A stretch of 64,000 bases of DNA, from assembly GCA_052327205.1 (NCBI GenBank), contig CM126226.1, positions 25,792,001 through 25,856,000 on the forward strand, given 5' to 3'. The stretch comes from Somniosus microcephalus (lineage: Eukaryota). Numbering within the stretch: the stretch's first letter is position 1; every line of letters starts with the position of its first letter. The position numbers and the translations under genes are program-made. The notes under the pieces are model-generated. The model saw only the letters and a list, made by a program, of their open reading frames with translations, was not told the DNA's origin and ran no database searches. Positions 62,422 to 64,000 of this stretch are shown here, one piece after another.

Positions 62422-62510
62422 TGCCCTCTGGATGAACCTGCGAAGGAAGCCAGCATTTGGGGTCATTCCAAGTTCACAGTGTGGACTTTTGACTGTCCTG
62501 TGTATGAACC
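62422..62510. promoter_or_regulatory. Cluster of three DR5 retinoic acid response elements (candidate RAR/RXR enhancer)
   Basis: 62460-62476 (+) GGGTCA ttcca AGTTCA, a perfect RGKTCA-N5-RGKTCA; 62422-62438 (-) GGTTCA tccag AGGGCA; 62494-62510 (-) GGTTCA tacac AGGACA; no recognisable repeat around them. Confidence 0.72.
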
Positions 62511-64000
62511 AGTTTGGGGACCCCTACAGGGATCAGTCACTCAGGCCAGTAACACAAACCAATTTCCATTCGGCATCTGTGGGGGCAAATCCACGGGGGT
62601 TGCTCGAGGGAGCTACCAACCTAATCAGGCATCTGTGGAGACAGCTCAGAGGGGGGCCCACTGGACTACCTAGCTAATCAGACATCCACACAGACAGCCC
62701 AGTAGGGAGTTTGTTCCCAGGTTAAATCGCCAATGTGCTATTGTCAGAATGCATTACTGCCCCAAGCTAACGACAAGAGGGGGGAGCTGATTAAGGGCTG
62801 GAGCTCAGAGAATGTGACAGCAAGAATAACAAGAGTCCTCAGGACCCTGCAAATAGCCACACGTTTGTTCAGTCATGCTCAGGAAAAACAGCAACTGGAC
62901 CATTTGTTTTCTGTTACGTTAGAAAAGAGCCCAAATCTTGCTCCGCCAAATGTCCACTGATGCCTTCTGTATGTTCCAGAACTGCTCCAGCGGGCACTGT
63001 GAACTGCCCAATTAATACTGCAAGGCTGACTCCACAGCATCAATCTCACACTGAAACATGAACTATCTTTTGCATGTACAGTCATTTGAAAGTCAGATTT
63101 GCCCATTTTGTTGCTGTTCAGTGTTTCCCAGGTGCCTGGAGAGGTCTAAGCAGGTCGCCAAGCAGAAAGTGTAATGTTGTCCTGTGTGGGCTTATGCACA
63201 GCCAGAAAGAATGGTAGGCAGCAGCTGTTTGTTTACATTTGCTATTGCTGGGTGGCTGCCTCCCTGGGATAATTGCTTTTTAAGGTTTTCTGTTGATCTG
63301 GAGGCAGCAGGCTTACCGTCCTGAAGTTGGGTCCGCCACCAGCCACATTACTGCAATGTGAAGGGGCAGTAGAGTGAGCAGTGTGCTACTGTCCTGCAAG
63401 GGCAGGGCGCAGACACAAAACGGCAGCGGTTTACATTTGCCCCTGGGAGACCCTTGGGAAAACTGAGGGGGTTCTTGGCTGCTGCAGATGCAATGTTGCC
63501 AATGTTTTTACCAGATCTTCCCAGCCGCTGGCCTTGGTGCAAACAGTAAATAAACTTTCGGGTTGCCGCCGGCCCAACAGCCCTGGTGCCCCACTGAACC
63601 CTGTTTCAAAGCCGCTTTCGTGTTTGCGTTGCCCTGACCCGCTTCACATGCTGAATGGTATTAAATTACCGGCAGGGCAGCATGGTTCCCCCTGGGGCAG
63701 AAAGTGACTGGAGAATTACATTCAAATATTTACTCACATATAATCACACATCACTTTCAGCAGAAGATTTAAACTCAGCATGAAGAGATGGAAGATTTTT
63801 ACCCCAGACTACACTTGTGGAGAATTGGCAACAAATACTGACTTGTCATTGCTGATTGTCACATTTCGGGATTTCTTGACCATTTTTGCACAAAGACTTA
63901 AAGCAATGTATATTCACACACAAGTATTTTTTTAAGGCATTGAGGCGAAAGGTGGTTAAAATGCAAGCTTTTCCCAAAGATTTCAAACATTAAGCAACTC

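Overview
Vertebrate nuclear DNA, most likely from a cartilaginous fish (shark/ray), judging from the repeat landscape (HE1/V-type SINE, Deu-domain SINEs, CR1, L2, Penelope). The window lies inside a + strand VPS13D gene. I can splice 25 consecutive GT-AG coding exons (6945-55293, 3725 nt, about 1241 codons) into one phase-consistent, stop-free reading frame. It covers the six VAB repeats, the ricin-B-like QxW insert and the start of the C-terminal ATG2_C region; the gene start and end lie outside the window. The introns are filled with decayed retroelements and with MITEs that show clear TIRs and TSDs, several of them nested. The most notable non-coding signal is a cluster of three DR5 retinoic-acid response elements in 90 bp (62422-62510), plus a DR2/forkhead-rich block about 1.1 kb downstream, in the repeat-poor last intron. 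This is a candidate deeply conserved RA enhancer, possibly acting on DHRS3, which neighbours VPS13D in other vertebrates. Penelope terminal repeats carry decayed minimal hammerhead-ribozyme cores. There is no evidence for CRISPR, rRNA or genuine tRNA genes. Exon and TIR/TSD coordinates were read base by base; boundaries of old repeats are approximate. Comparisons to human VPS13D are from memory, not from an alignment.
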